NCBI GenBank assembly: GCA_018221105.1
Contig: JAAOYA010000010.1
Coordinates: forward strand, 1-64,000
Direction of reading: 5' to 3'
DNA from: Candidatus Woesearchaeota archaeon
Lineage (GTDB): Archaea; Nanobdellota; Nanobdellia; Woesearchaeales; JAAOYA01
Length of the DNA stretch: 64,000 nt
Below are positions 47,901-57,711 of the stretch, one piece after another. A program made the translations under genes and the position numbers. Below the pieces are notes generated by a model that searched no databases, was not told the origin of the DNA, and worked only from the letters and a program-made list of their open reading frames with translations. The stretch's first letter is position 1. The number at the start of each line of letters is the position of its first letter.

Positions 47901-50900
47901 CTAACGGATTTTACTGGATTGTTGATTCAGAACTGCAAGAAGTTTTTAAGTTTAACACTGACAAGACATATACTGGTACAAGTTTTGACACTAACATTTC
48001 AGGAAATTCTTTACCACTAGACATAACTTATGCTAATGGGTATTTTTGGATCACTGACACTTTAAGTGATGAAGTTTACCGTTATGATGATAATGGTACT
48101 TATACGGCGACAAGCTTTGACACAGCAGCAAGTGGTAACACTAATCCTCGAGGTATAACTTTTGACGGTACATACTTTTACATAGTTGATGAATCGGATT
48201 CTGCAGTTTATAAATATACAGAAGCTGGATCGTATGCTGGTAATTTCAGCACTAGCGGTAGTGGCAATACAGACCCCAGAGGTATTGAATACGCTTTTGG
48301 CAACTTGTTTGTTACTGATGGCGAAGGAACTGAAATTTATAATTATACTGTTGATGGCAATTACAACGGAATACATTATGATACTGAAGATGGCGCGTCC
48401 GGTAGTAGGTACCCAAGAGGCATAGCCTTTGATGGTACAAACTTTCGCATAGTTGACGGAGAGGCTTTTGTAGCATACAAATATGATGAAAACCTCACTT
48501 TTATTTCGAATGAACATATCTTGACGGCTGCAAGTGGCAACACAGCGGAGCGATGGAACAAGCACGCAATATACTTTCATAAGACTCAAGATTCAACAAT
48601 TCAAAACAACACTATTTTAGCCAAGAGCCATGACTCTTTTGGAATTATGATGAGTTCTAACATTTCTAACAGTATAATAACTAATAATGATGTGGATACA
48701 CAGTACGGGCTCGGCATCGAAATTGCAGGACTTGATTATATGATAAGTGGTGGTGATGCACCTTGCAAAAACAATAACATCACATACAATAAGGTAAAAG
48801 GATTTATTTATCCAGGAATTACATTATACTCTGATGTTACAAACACATTAATTGAAGGTAACAATATTACTAGCACCCAACGCGACTCCACAGGAATATT
48901 AGTAAGTTGGAATGTTAATAACACCAAAATTTTATCTAATAATATTAATACTACAGGTTACACTGACGCTATAGGTATTGAATTCAGATATGGAGTAGTT
49001 AATAGCATTATATCTTATAATAGTATTGAGACTGATGGCGATGCGAGTTATGGGATTTATTTTCAAAATACGCCAAGCAAAGAGGATAATGTCAATAATA
49101 CTATAAAATCAAATTTTATTAAAACAAATGATTTCAATGCACACGGCGTATTATTAGATTATGCAAATGACACTTTTTTTACATCGAATACTATTATAAC
49201 AACTGGTCAAAACTCTCATGGTATCACCTTTGTTGACTCCCCAAACACAACGTTTTCTAATATGACAGTCACAACAACAAACAATAACAGTTATCCGTTA
49301 TTTTTAAGAGATGATGTGGTGATGGATGATAGTGTTTTAAACGCTACATACCCTGGTGTTGTTGACGTTTACGTTGATAGTTCTGCAAGCGGAAATTATA
49401 ATCTTACAAATGTTAGTCTTTCAAGCAGTTATTTTGACGCTAGTGCTAACGGAACCCTTACTTCACTAAAATATTTTGATGTTAATGTTAAAAACGCTTC
49501 AGGTATTGCAGTACAAAACGCTAACGTAACATTAAAAGATTATATTGATAATATTCTTTTTTCAGAATTAAGCGATGCTAACGGCGATATTAGTCAACAA
49601 CTTATTTATGAGTTCGTGCACAACAATAGCATTAAAGAATACCATTATCATGATCTCAACGTTACTGCTAGCGGGTATGTTGATTACGTGCAAAGCTTTT
49701 CTTCAGGCAGGTCAACAGTATTAAATATTATTTTATTAAAAGAATCTAGTATTAGTGCTTGTCAAGAATTAAACCAGCCTAGTACTGCTTATGTTTTAAG
49801 CCAGGATGTTAGTACTGCCAGCACTTGTTTTAATATTACAGCAGACAATGTTGTCCTGGATTGTGCTGGTTACACTATTAATTATAGTAGTGCTGGAAGT
49901 TTAGGCTATGGAGTTTTTGCACAAAACAAAGAAAATCTTACTGTAACAAATTGTAATATAATAGAAGGTAGTCCAACAACTAATAATAAACACGCCATTT
50001 ACTTTAACGGCGTCAATAACGCTATCGTATTTGATAATATTGTTGATACTATTGGCAGCGGTTCTAACGCGCTATACTTGAGCTCTGGCAGTAATAACTT
50101 GTTTTATGATAACAAGTTTAACGCTCAAGACAGTAATGAATTAGCTGTTAGTTCAACAAATAATAACTTATTTTACAATAATATTTTTAATGGCAGTGGT
50201 TATTCTGTTAGTGGTTCTAACGAGTTCAACATTGCGTATCCGACACTGGGAACTAATATGTTAGGTGGCAATTATAAGGCTGGTAATTACTGGACCACAC
50301 CTAATAGTAATGGTTTTTCAAACACTTGTAATGACATTAATACTAACGGTTTTTGTGATGCAGCACTCTTAGTAGGGGGCACTAGTTATGATTATTATCC
50401 TATTGCAAAACCTAAAAATTCAACACTTATTATTTTTGATGAGACTGACGCTCTTGGCGGCGGCTTAACAATTTACCCTAATCAGAACACTGTGTTTTTT
50501 GCAAATTATACTCTAAAAAATACTACTGTGATAACTGATGTTACAGGAGATTGCAATATCACATTTTTTGATGGTACCAGCGCAATGGTGTATAATGCTA
50601 ACAGTTTATATTGGGAGTACTCGAAAAGCTTTGCAACATTTGGCGATTATTCTTACAATGTGACTTGTGATTCAACTTATCCTAACACTGGACTTAACAC
50701 TTTTGATGATATAACAATCACTGGTACTCCGCCACCAACAATTAGTAGTTTGCAAATTTTCGCGTCAAGCCCTAATAATCTTACAAGCGACGATATTTAC
50801 TTTAATTACACTTTTAGCGGTACTAACCAGTCAGATCACAGTTATTGGCAATATTATATTAATGCAGCACCAACTAGCGGCACTCAAGTAGTTATCGCTA

Positions 50901-53900
50901 GCAGTTTTGATACTGCAACCAGTAACAACAATGACCCGTACGGTATTGCTTTTGGCGAAGACTTTTTATGGGTTGTTGATGATAATAATAACACAATATA
51001 CAAGTATAATCTCGATGGGAGTTTCGCCACAAACTTTAGCACAACAGCTAGTAATGCAGATCCTTATGGCATAGCTTATGCTTATGGTTATTTATGGGTC
51101 ACAGAGTACGATGATGGCGCAGTATTTAAGTACACGACGACTGGCTCGTATGTTGATAATTTTAGCACTAGCGCTAACGCAAACCCTATAGGAATAACTT
51201 TTGCTGATAATCACTTTTGGATTAATGATTGGCTCGATAACACTGTATACCAATATGATAATGCTGGAGTGTATACTGGCACTAACTTTAGCACTCAAAG
51301 CAATAACACTGCGACCAGGGGTATAACTTTTGCTGATGGCCACTTTTACATTGTTGACAATACTGACGATGAAGTTTACAAATACACATTAAACGGTGAT
51401 TATGTAGAAAGTTTTGACACTAACAACGTCAATAACACTTTACCTGTCGGTATTGCTTACGCTAACGGATATTTTTTCATTACTGACCTTACAGGCGCAC
51501 AAGTTTACAAGTATTATGCTGAAAGCATTACTAGCGCTCAAACAAACAATAATGATAATGTGACAATTACTGTAACACCTTATGATGGTATTGTCAATGG
51601 CAGCTCGCAAAGTGATTCGCTAACAGTAACACTACCGGGTTATACTCCTAGTTTAACAATCAGTGATTCTGGCAGTTCATACATTAACCTAACAATTAAT
51701 TTCAATGCTAATTACACGTTGACTAATGGCACTATTGTTGATGATGTTTCCGGAGAGTGTAACATAACTTTCTTTGATGGCACTAACGCCATGACATATA
51801 ACAATGGCAACACGTTATGGGAGTACAGCAGAAGTTTCTCAAGCGCTAACACATATGATTGGAATGTGACTTGTAACTCAACACATACTGATAGCAATAT
51901 TAGCACTAGCGATTCTGTTTTAGTACAGCCTCTCCCGCCACCAAGCATTAACAATCTAAACATAATCTCTGATTCTGGAACTAACATCACAAGCGATGAC
52001 ATCTATTTTGAATACGATTTTGATAGCACTTTCTACAATGTTGATTATAGCACATGGCAGTATTACATCAACGGAGCCCCAATTAATGGCACATTAATTG
52101 TTTACGCAAATAATAGTTTTGACCCTAACAATAATGTTAGCGGCATTTACCCAAGCGGTATGACTTCAGCTCAAGGATTCTTATGGATTGTTGATTCAAC
52201 AGTCAATCAAGAAGAAGTCTACAAATACACTGCCGACGGCGAGTATACTGGAGATCATTTTGATATTCAAAGCACAGGCAATTACCAACCTACAGGCATA
52301 ACTTTTGGAGGAGGATATTTTTGGATTACAGATGATAACCCACCAGGCATTTACAAGTATTATCCTAATGGTACATGGACAGGTATTAATTTTAACATTT
52401 CAGGAAGCGGAAATACAAATCCAAGAGGAATTGTTTACGCACAAAACTATTTATGGGTTATCAACCCCTCAACTGATGAGGTCTATAAGTATCTCCCTAA
52501 TGGTTCGTACACCGGCACTAGTTTTGATACTTTGGCAAGCGGTAATGGGAACCCTTGGGGCGTAGTCTACATTGATGGATATCTTTGGATTGTAGACTCA
52601 TTTGATGACTTGGTATACAAATACGAATTAGACGGCACCTTCGTTGATAGTTACACAACTGATATAACTGCGAATCCCAGTGCTATGGGAATAGCATATA
52701 TAGATGGATATTTTTGGATTACAGATTATGGTAATGATAACATATATAAGTACAGATCTGAAATTGTCACTAGCCCTCAAACAAGCCCTAGCGATACTGT
52801 AAAAATTTCTGTATTGCCTTCTAACAATGTGCAAAACGGCACTTTAACTAATGATTCACTGACTATTACTAGTATCGGCGAGCCTGACACTCCTACGCCA
52901 AGCATTAATTCTAGTGATGGCAGCGATTTCTCAAACCAAAACCTCAACTGTGTTGCAGTAATTACTGACCCTGACGGTGACAATCTTAACGTTAGTATTA
53001 AATGGTATAAAAATGATGCGTTGAACTTAACTGTTGATTACAATAATAATTATGCTAACGGAACGTTATTTAATGCAGTGCTTGACAACGCTAATACTAG
53101 TGAGTGGGATAAATGGTTTTGCAGTATTAGAACGTATGATGGTACAATGTATAGTGTTGCTTGGAGCAATAGCAGTATTTTAACAATAGTTCCTACTGCT
53201 AAAGGCTTGTCGAACTTAACAATTGCTTCGATAAGCGGTAACACTTCAACTTTTGATAATATAACATTTGATTACTTGTTTAACAGTTCTTGGGATGTAG
53301 ATGCTAGTCAATGGCAATACTACATTAATGGCTTGCCAATCAACGGCACAGCAGGCGTTTACACAGGAGATAATTTTGACACATCGATTTTTGGCGCAGA
53401 CTCCGTGACAGGCATCACTTACGCCGACGGCCACCTATGGATTCTTGATACTATCGATAACGAAGTATATAAGGTTCAACTTAATGGCAGTTACACAGGA
53501 GAGCATTTTGACACATTAGCAAGCGGTAATAGTCCGGCGGTAGGCATGACATTTGCAGATGGCTATTTTTGGATAGCCGAAAATGGCGGAGGGGTGTACA
53601 AGTATAATCATGATGGCAGTTTCACAGGAGACATTTTTAGTGTTATAGGCAACCCTAAAAGCGTCACGTATTACGATAATCACTTATGGGTTGTCGTAAA
53701 TGAAGCAAAAGTTTTAAAATACGACTTTGATGGAAATTACGCAAATTTTAATTTCAGTCTCACCCCAGCAAACGACGCGCCTTACGGCATAACTTACGCC
53801 GATGAACACTTTTGGATAGCACAGCAAGGAGGAGGAATTTACAAGTACAATACTAGCGGCGTCTACACGAGTATTTATTTTAATATTTCAGATAGCGGCA

Positions 53901-56900
53901 ACGGCGCACCCTACGATATAACTTTTGGCAATGGTCAAATATGGGTTCAAGATTGGTCTGACGCACAAGTCTACAAGTATTATATTGAAACAATTGTTGG
54001 AGCGCCAACTAACTTTGCTGGTAATATGACAATTGAGGTCACACCTTCTAATGGTTATGATACTGCCATAGCACAAAATGACACTATACTATTAATTTAT
54101 CCTCCACAAAACATAAGCTCTTCTAACTTTGAAAATAGTATATCTACAAACTTTTCTGATTATGAATATGCAGAACTTGTAAGTTTCAATAATTTGACTA
54201 TTGGAACAGCAGACCTTGCAAAAATTATTTGGGATGGATCTTTGATTGTTGTAAACACTGATTTAGATAATGCGATTAATATTAGTAACGCATTAGTATC
54301 GATTGACAGTTCACAATTACATAGTTCTTTTAATTCTTCAGCGATTATCATTTTTTATAATGTGTCAATTAACGAGCCAGTAATACTAGTAGATGGTGAA
54401 CCATGCATAACTTGTAACTTGACAGGTTGGGATGGACAAAACGCCACGTACACAGTAGAACACTTCACGAATTATTCAGTAGTAGAAAACACAACACTAA
54501 CAATATACGACCAAGCAGACCCACAAGGAGGCGGTTTGAATTTAAGTGTTGGTCAAGATGTTATTTTCTTTGCTAATTATACTTACACTAATGGCACAGT
54601 ATTAGATGATATTATTAGTAATTGTAGTATTCATTTTGCGGGTTTTAATGCCGACATGAACTATAATAGTAGTAGTCTACTATGGGAGTATAGTAAAAGT
54701 TTTTCAAATGCAGGATTAAAAAGTTGGAGTGTTAATTGTAGTATTGCCTACACAATAACAGCTAGTGATACAGTGTTAGTAAATGGTACAGAGCCATCAA
54801 TTAATAATCTAGCATTTGTCGGTCTGACAATTGACAATGTTTCTTTTGAATACAGTTTCAATAGTCCTGTAGGCACTGATAATAATTTTTGGCAATGGTA
54901 TAAAAATGGTGTGAGCACTAATGGTGTTGAAGGTGTTTATAGCGGCACAAGTTTCAGCACAGCAGGTAGTGGTGCTAACTCGCCAAGAGGTATTGTTCTA
55001 GCTGAAGGTTACTTGTGGGTTACTGATACTCAAGATAGAGAAGTTTACAAGTATAACACTAATGGTAGTTATACAGGGGTGCATTTTGACACAGGGCTTA
55101 ATGGTAATAGTCTTCCTTATGGCATAACTTATACTAATGAATTGTTGTGGATTACAGATGCTGTTGACAGTCTAGTTTACAAGTATTACACAAATGGCAC
55201 TCCAGCGGGCAGTTTTGACACTTCTGTAAGCGGTAATGATAATGGTCAAGGAATGACTTTTGGCGAAGGTTACTTGTGGGTTATCGATAATATTGATGAC
55301 GAAGTTTACAAGTATAATACTGATGGTAGTTATACAGGGTTTAGTTTTGATACTGCAAGCAGCGGCAATGCAAATCCGCAAGGCTTAGGTTATGCTAATG
55401 GATACTTATGGGCAACTGATGCTGCAGATTACGAAGTTTACAAGTATACAACAGCTGGCGCTTACACAGGAGTGCATTTTGACACTGCGGGCGCTGGCAA
55501 CACTGGTACTGATGATATCAAGTATGCTAACGGATATTTTTGGATTGTAGATAATGTTGATGACAGAGTGTATAAGTATTTTGCAGAAGCTTTTGTTGGC
55601 AGTTCAACAACTCTAGAATATAATCTAACTATCGAAATCACTGTTTCTGATGGGTATTCTAATTTTACGCAAAATAGTAGCACACAGGTTGTTTTTCCTC
55701 CAGTAAATATTTCGGCTTCGAATTTTGAAAATAGTGTATCCACAAACTTTTCTGATTATAATTATGCAGAACTAGCAAATATTAGCAATGTGGTAATAGG
55801 TGAAGAAAACATTGCGAAAATTACTTGGGATGAATCATTAAGTGTTGTAAACAATGATATTGATAGTACTATTAGTATCAGTCAAGCTTCAATAGCTATT
55901 AACATTTCAGATCTTCACACATCATTTAATTCATCAGCAAGCCTCACATTCTACAACGTAACAATCGATGAACCAGTAATACTAGTAGACGGAAAACAAT
56001 GCACAACATGCAACCTAACAGGATGGGACGGACAAAACGCCACGTACACAGTACAACACTTCTCAAACTACACAATAGTAGAAAACACAACACTAACAAT
56101 ATACGACCAAGCAGACCCACAAGGAGGCGGTCTAACAGTTTATAATTATGAACCTCTTATGTTTTTTGCAAATTATACATTAGCTAATGCAACTGTGTTA
56201 AGTGATAGTATTGGAAACTGTAATATTATATTTTTTGATGGCACTAATGCTATGTTGTATAATAATAGTAATTATTTGTGGTATTATAATAGAAATTTTT
56301 CTGTTTATGGAAATTTTACTTGGAATGTATCATGTAATTCAACATATCCTATTAGTGATTTGCTCGTTGTTGACACAATATTAGTTTTGGATAGTACTCC
56401 ATTAATTAATGTTAGTGATTTATTAGCAACACTTAACATTGATGGTTCAATAAGTCTTGATTGGACTCTTGACTCACAGCCTAAAGTCGTTAAGTACAAT
56501 GTTTATCGCGCTAATACTACTATGAGCACAGCGAGTGATGGAGTGTTAGTAGTAGCCAATATTACTAGTTCGAGTTGGAATGATACAACAACAAAAGTTA
56601 GCAACATAACATATTACTACGCGTTAACAGGACTCGACAGTTTTGATAGGGAAAATCTCAGCGCATTATCAAACCAAGCTAATGCTACGCCATTAACATG
56701 TACTAACACTTATGATAGTTGCGGTGCTTGGAGTAATTGTGCTTCTGACTCTCAATCACGTACTTGCACTAGAGTGTGTTATATTTTAGGACAGCCTAAC
56801 AGCACTATTGAAGTACAATCCTGCACTAGTGGCGACGGTGGTGGAGGCGGTGGGGGTGGAGGTTCCGGCGGAGGAGGCCTTGGTAGTGGTGATGGTGAAA

Positions 56901-57706
56901 GTCAAAGTATTACTTTTACAGAAGTTCAACCTGGCAGCAGCACTGTAACTTTTTCAAAGGCAAGTATTGAAGTCGAAAGTTTAGAGGTTGAAATAATAGA
57001 AAACAAAAATAATGTTAAGTTTACTGTCACTAAACTTTACGAAAAACCTGCTAGTCTGCCAGAACAATCTGATGTTTATTCTTATTTACGTTTCGATCAT
57101 GAAAACCTTGAAAACCAGTATATCAAACTTGCAAAGGTACGCTTTAAAGTTAATAAAGAATGGCTTGTCAATAATAGTTATAGCGCTCAAAAAGTTAAGT
57201 TGTATCGTTATAGTACTCAATGGGATGAACTTAAGACTTTGATGTACTTACAAGATATTGAATATTATTATTTTGTTGCCGAGAGTCCTGGACTATCATA
57301 TTTTGCTGTTGCCATAAAGCAAGAAGCACAACAAGAAAGTCCTGATGTTGGAGTAGAATTAGGTCAGGATGCTCAAAAAGAAGAGCCTGCTAGAATTTTT
57401 GATTATACTACTCCACCACCTTCTAAAGAAGAGGCTAGTTATGAGTGGTTTAAGGTTGGATTGTTCAGTGTTTTGTTAATAATTATTCTTGTCGCATCTA
57501 TTATTTATGTTCAAGCGCACAAGCATAGTATTCTTGTTCGAAAGGCTAAAGAGTCTGTTCAAACTAAGTCTTTATCAAACATTAGAGTTTATGTTGACAA
57601 ATTGCGGGCTAAAAAGTTTTCTGATAATTTTATTAGAAAGAAATTGTTAAAGGCTGGTTGGCTTAAAGAAGTTATTGATAAAGTTCTTGGCAAGAAAAAG
57701 AAATAA
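44987..57706 (+). CDS. Giant (4239 aa) cell-surface glycoprotein: Ig-like repeats, six beta-propeller blocks, three beta-helix modules, FN3-like, PGF-pre-PGF-like domain, C-terminal TM
   Basis: Single ORF; 30 GITY.DGY.W-type repeats; TLDCxG beta-helix starts; poly-Gly linker; AESPGLSYFAV; TM and basic tail; abundant N-x-S/T sequons. Confidence 0.88.
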   Translation: MKLQKETTFDIAALTIILLSMWLLPGFFLTTETGVFEATAFAAFAGGAGQGKNASIYIFDDTDSVTREPGQTIKLFVNYTLNNGTIVTDGDCDIFFVNSSANMTYNATSTYWEYDNSFASAGAYYWSTICNSTNINSYLSVSDNADITPTSNASFSNLEITSLSGQTQTDEDLFFEYDFDYINNYSETSSWQWYKNGVPVNGVSGVDTGFSFNTTSNNSQPVGITYANGYLWVTDKNRRVYKYNLNGTYTGTSFNLNSSGINGLAGIIFVDDYFWILGWTTDKFYKYNLNGTYTGTSFDLAANGNEHSRDIAFVDGYFWISDVGDSLIYKYYYDGTYTGTNINVAPQSITNPTTMTYADGYFWVVQALGNNTVYKYYINGTYANENFDIGPGIDPDGMVYVDGYFWINSYNTKKVHKFYPEIINSSQTSVDDNFTLELTPADGLALGTPQNNTVTIIVAPPEGILTIFDDTLKFTNEMASFFANYTTETGIVLDDSTYSGVCQIKFNISGSWTGFDNMTFNASSDLYEYNRSFSVGIHSFYQIDCNSTHPDSNISALDNYDISPVSLNINSCDNLNFQGTLYNLTSNVSSTSNCFNVTADSITLDCKGYTIDYGTGGVLLGYGIEASNIDTLTIKNCVIKEGVAATNYKHAIRLSNVDNIIITNTNITTRVHYSRGVSLVNTNNTNMSLVDIRTKGNFAYGIYLNLATNNYFKGLKGMNSGSSSAVIYTDGANDFNIFDSYIFDNSTYNINTGVVASGDFNLTNVTFNSVERNIAGITVDTKLNRMWYFNLNVTNTSGDVEVGANVSVYDLNNNLLFSELTDGSGRISQKVLKRYIQNYTNVFYYDTPLKINVTKAGYPSKIVYSGLSTNVDLTIVLGQGSNVNIDSCGDLGIHGANYFLTQNVISGTLFPCFEFVSDDVTLDCQGRTVDFINTLGMVPGIKAFNRRNITVKNCRVLDDYYNTTRPHGIDYANGFYWIVDSELQEVFKFNTDKTYTGTSFDTNISGNSLPLDITYANGYFWITDTLSDEVYRYDDNGTYTATSFDTAASGNTNPRGITFDGTYFYIVDESDSAVYKYTEAGSYAGNFSTSGSGNTDPRGIEYAFGNLFVTDGEGTEIYNYTVDGNYNGIHYDTEDGASGSRYPRGIAFDGTNFRIVDGEAFVAYKYDENLTFISNEHILTAASGNTAERWNKHAIYFHKTQDSTIQNNTILAKSHDSFGIMMSSNISNSIITNNDVDTQYGLGIEIAGLDYMISGGDAPCKNNNITYNKVKGFIYPGITLYSDVTNTLIEGNNITSTQRDSTGILVSWNVNNTKILSNNINTTGYTDAIGIEFRYGVVNSIISYNSIETDGDASYGIYFQNTPSKEDNVNNTIKSNFIKTNDFNAHGVLLDYANDTFFTSNTIITTGQNSHGITFVDSPNTTFSNMTVTTTNNNSYPLFLRDDVVMDDSVLNATYPGVVDVYVDSSASGNYNLTNVSLSSSYFDASANGTLTSLKYFDVNVKNASGIAVQNANVTLKDYIDNILFSELSDANGDISQQLIYEFVHNNSIKEYHYHDLNVTASGYVDYVQSFSSGRSTVLNIILLKESSISACQELNQPSTAYVLSQDVSTASTCFNITADNVVLDCAGYTINYSSAGSLGYGVFAQNKENLTVTNCNIIEGSPTTNNKHAIYFNGVNNAIVFDNIVDTIGSGSNALYLSSGSNNLFYDNKFNAQDSNELAVSSTNNNLFYNNIFNGSGYSVSGSNEFNIAYPTLGTNMLGGNYKAGNYWTTPNSNGFSNTCNDINTNGFCDAALLVGGTSYDYYPIAKPKNSTLIIFDETDALGGGLTIYPNQNTVFFANYTLKNTTVITDVTGDCNITFFDGTSAMVYNANSLYWEYSKSFATFGDYSYNVTCDSTYPNTGLNTFDDITITGTPPPTISSLQIFASSPNNLTSDDIYFNYTFSGTNQSDHSYWQYYINAAPTSGTQVVIASSFDTATSNNNDPYGIAFGEDFLWVVDDNNNTIYKYNLDGSFATNFSTTASNADPYGIAYAYGYLWVTEYDDGAVFKYTTTGSYVDNFSTSANANPIGITFADNHFWINDWLDNTVYQYDNAGVYTGTNFSTQSNNTATRGITFADGHFYIVDNTDDEVYKYTLNGDYVESFDTNNVNNTLPVGIAYANGYFFITDLTGAQVYKYYAESITSAQTNNNDNVTITVTPYDGIVNGSSQSDSLTVTLPGYTPSLTISDSGSSYINLTINFNANYTLTNGTIVDDVSGECNITFFDGTNAMTYNNGNTLWEYSRSFSSANTYDWNVTCNSTHTDSNISTSDSVLVQPLPPPSINNLNIISDSGTNITSDDIYFEYDFDSTFYNVDYSTWQYYINGAPINGTLIVYANNSFDPNNNVSGIYPSGMTSAQGFLWIVDSTVNQEEVYKYTADGEYTGDHFDIQSTGNYQPTGITFGGGYFWITDDNPPGIYKYYPNGTWTGINFNISGSGNTNPRGIVYAQNYLWVINPSTDEVYKYLPNGSYTGTSFDTLASGNGNPWGVVYIDGYLWIVDSFDDLVYKYELDGTFVDSYTTDITANPSAMGIAYIDGYFWITDYGNDNIYKYRSEIVTSPQTSPSDTVKISVLPSNNVQNGTLTNDSLTITSIGEPDTPTPSINSSDGSDFSNQNLNCVAVITDPDGDNLNVSIKWYKNDALNLTVDYNNNYANGTLFNAVLDNANTSEWDKWFCSIRTYDGTMYSVAWSNSSILTIVPTAKGLSNLTIASISGNTSTFDNITFDYLFNSSWDVDASQWQYYINGLPINGTAGVYTGDNFDTSIFGADSVTGITYADGHLWILDTIDNEVYKVQLNGSYTGEHFDTLASGNSPAVGMTFADGYFWIAENGGGVYKYNHDGSFTGDIFSVIGNPKSVTYYDNHLWVVVNEAKVLKYDFDGNYANFNFSLTPANDAPYGITYADEHFWIAQQGGGIYKYNTSGVYTSIYFNISDSGNGAPYDITFGNGQIWVQDWSDAQVYKYYIETIVGAPTNFAGNMTIEVTPSNGYDTAIAQNDTILLIYPPQNISSSNFENSISTNFSDYEYAELVSFNNLTIGTADLAKIIWDGSLIVVNTDLDNAINISNALVSIDSSQLHSSFNSSAIIIFYNVSINEPVILVDGEPCITCNLTGWDGQNATYTVEHFTNYSVVENTTLTIYDQADPQGGGLNLSVGQDVIFFANYTYTNGTVLDDIISNCSIHFAGFNADMNYNSSSLLWEYSKSFSNAGLKSWSVNCSIAYTITASDTVLVNGTEPSINNLAFVGLTIDNVSFEYSFNSPVGTDNNFWQWYKNGVSTNGVEGVYSGTSFSTAGSGANSPRGIVLAEGYLWVTDTQDREVYKYNTNGSYTGVHFDTGLNGNSLPYGITYTNELLWITDAVDSLVYKYYTNGTPAGSFDTSVSGNDNGQGMTFGEGYLWVIDNIDDEVYKYNTDGSYTGFSFDTASSGNANPQGLGYANGYLWATDAADYEVYKYTTAGAYTGVHFDTAGAGNTGTDDIKYANGYFWIVDNVDDRVYKYFAEAFVGSSTTLEYNLTIEITVSDGYSNFTQNSSTQVVFPPVNISASNFENSVSTNFSDYNYAELANISNVVIGEENIAKITWDESLSVVNNDIDSTISISQASIAINISDLHTSFNSSASLTFYNVTIDEPVILVDGKQCTTCNLTGWDGQNATYTVQHFSNYTIVENTTLTIYDQADPQGGGLTVYNYEPLMFFANYTLANATVLSDSIGNCNIIFFDGTNAMLYNNSNYLWYYNRNFSVYGNFTWNVSCNSTYPISDLLVVDTILVLDSTPLINVSDLLATLNIDGSISLDWTLDSQPKVVKYNVYRANTTMSTASDGVLVVANITSSSWNDTTTKVSNITYYYALTGLDSFDRENLSALSNQANATPLTCTNTYDSCGAWSNCASDSQSRTCTRVCYILGQPNSTIEVQSCTSGDGGGGGGGGGSGGGGLGSGDGESQSITFTEVQPGSSTVTFSKASIEVESLEVEIIENKNNVKFTVTKLYEKPASLPEQSDVYSYLRFDHENLENQYIKLAKVRFKVNKEWLVNNSYSAQKVKLYRYSTQWDELKTLMYLQDIEYYYFVAESPGLSYFAVAIKQEAQQESPDVGVELGQDAQKEEPARIFDYTTPPPSKEEASYEWFKVGLFSVLLIIILVASIIYVQAHKHSILVRKAKESVQTKSLSNIRVYVDKLRAKKFSDNFIRKKLLKAGWLKEVIDKVLGKKKK
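54481..56131 (+). repeat. Intragenic direct repeat: identical ~55-nt copies at 54481-54535 and 56077-56131 within a larger duplicated module
   Basis: agtagaaaacacaacactaacaatatacgaccaagcagacccacaaggaggcggt occurs twice; flanking protein segments are also near-duplicates. Confidence 0.85.
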
Positions 57707-57711
57707 TAGTT

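Noticed and set aside
45600..55600. Recurring gtttacaagta-like motifs at ~130-nt spacing as a CRISPR array or DGR template
   Set aside because: They are degenerate coding repeats (VYKY) inside one ORF; no reverse transcriptase or adenine-specific TR/VR pair was seen.
56830..56895. G-rich tract as a regulatory or G-quadruplex element
   Set aside because: Encodes the poly-Gly linker that commonly precedes PGF-pre-PGF-like domains.
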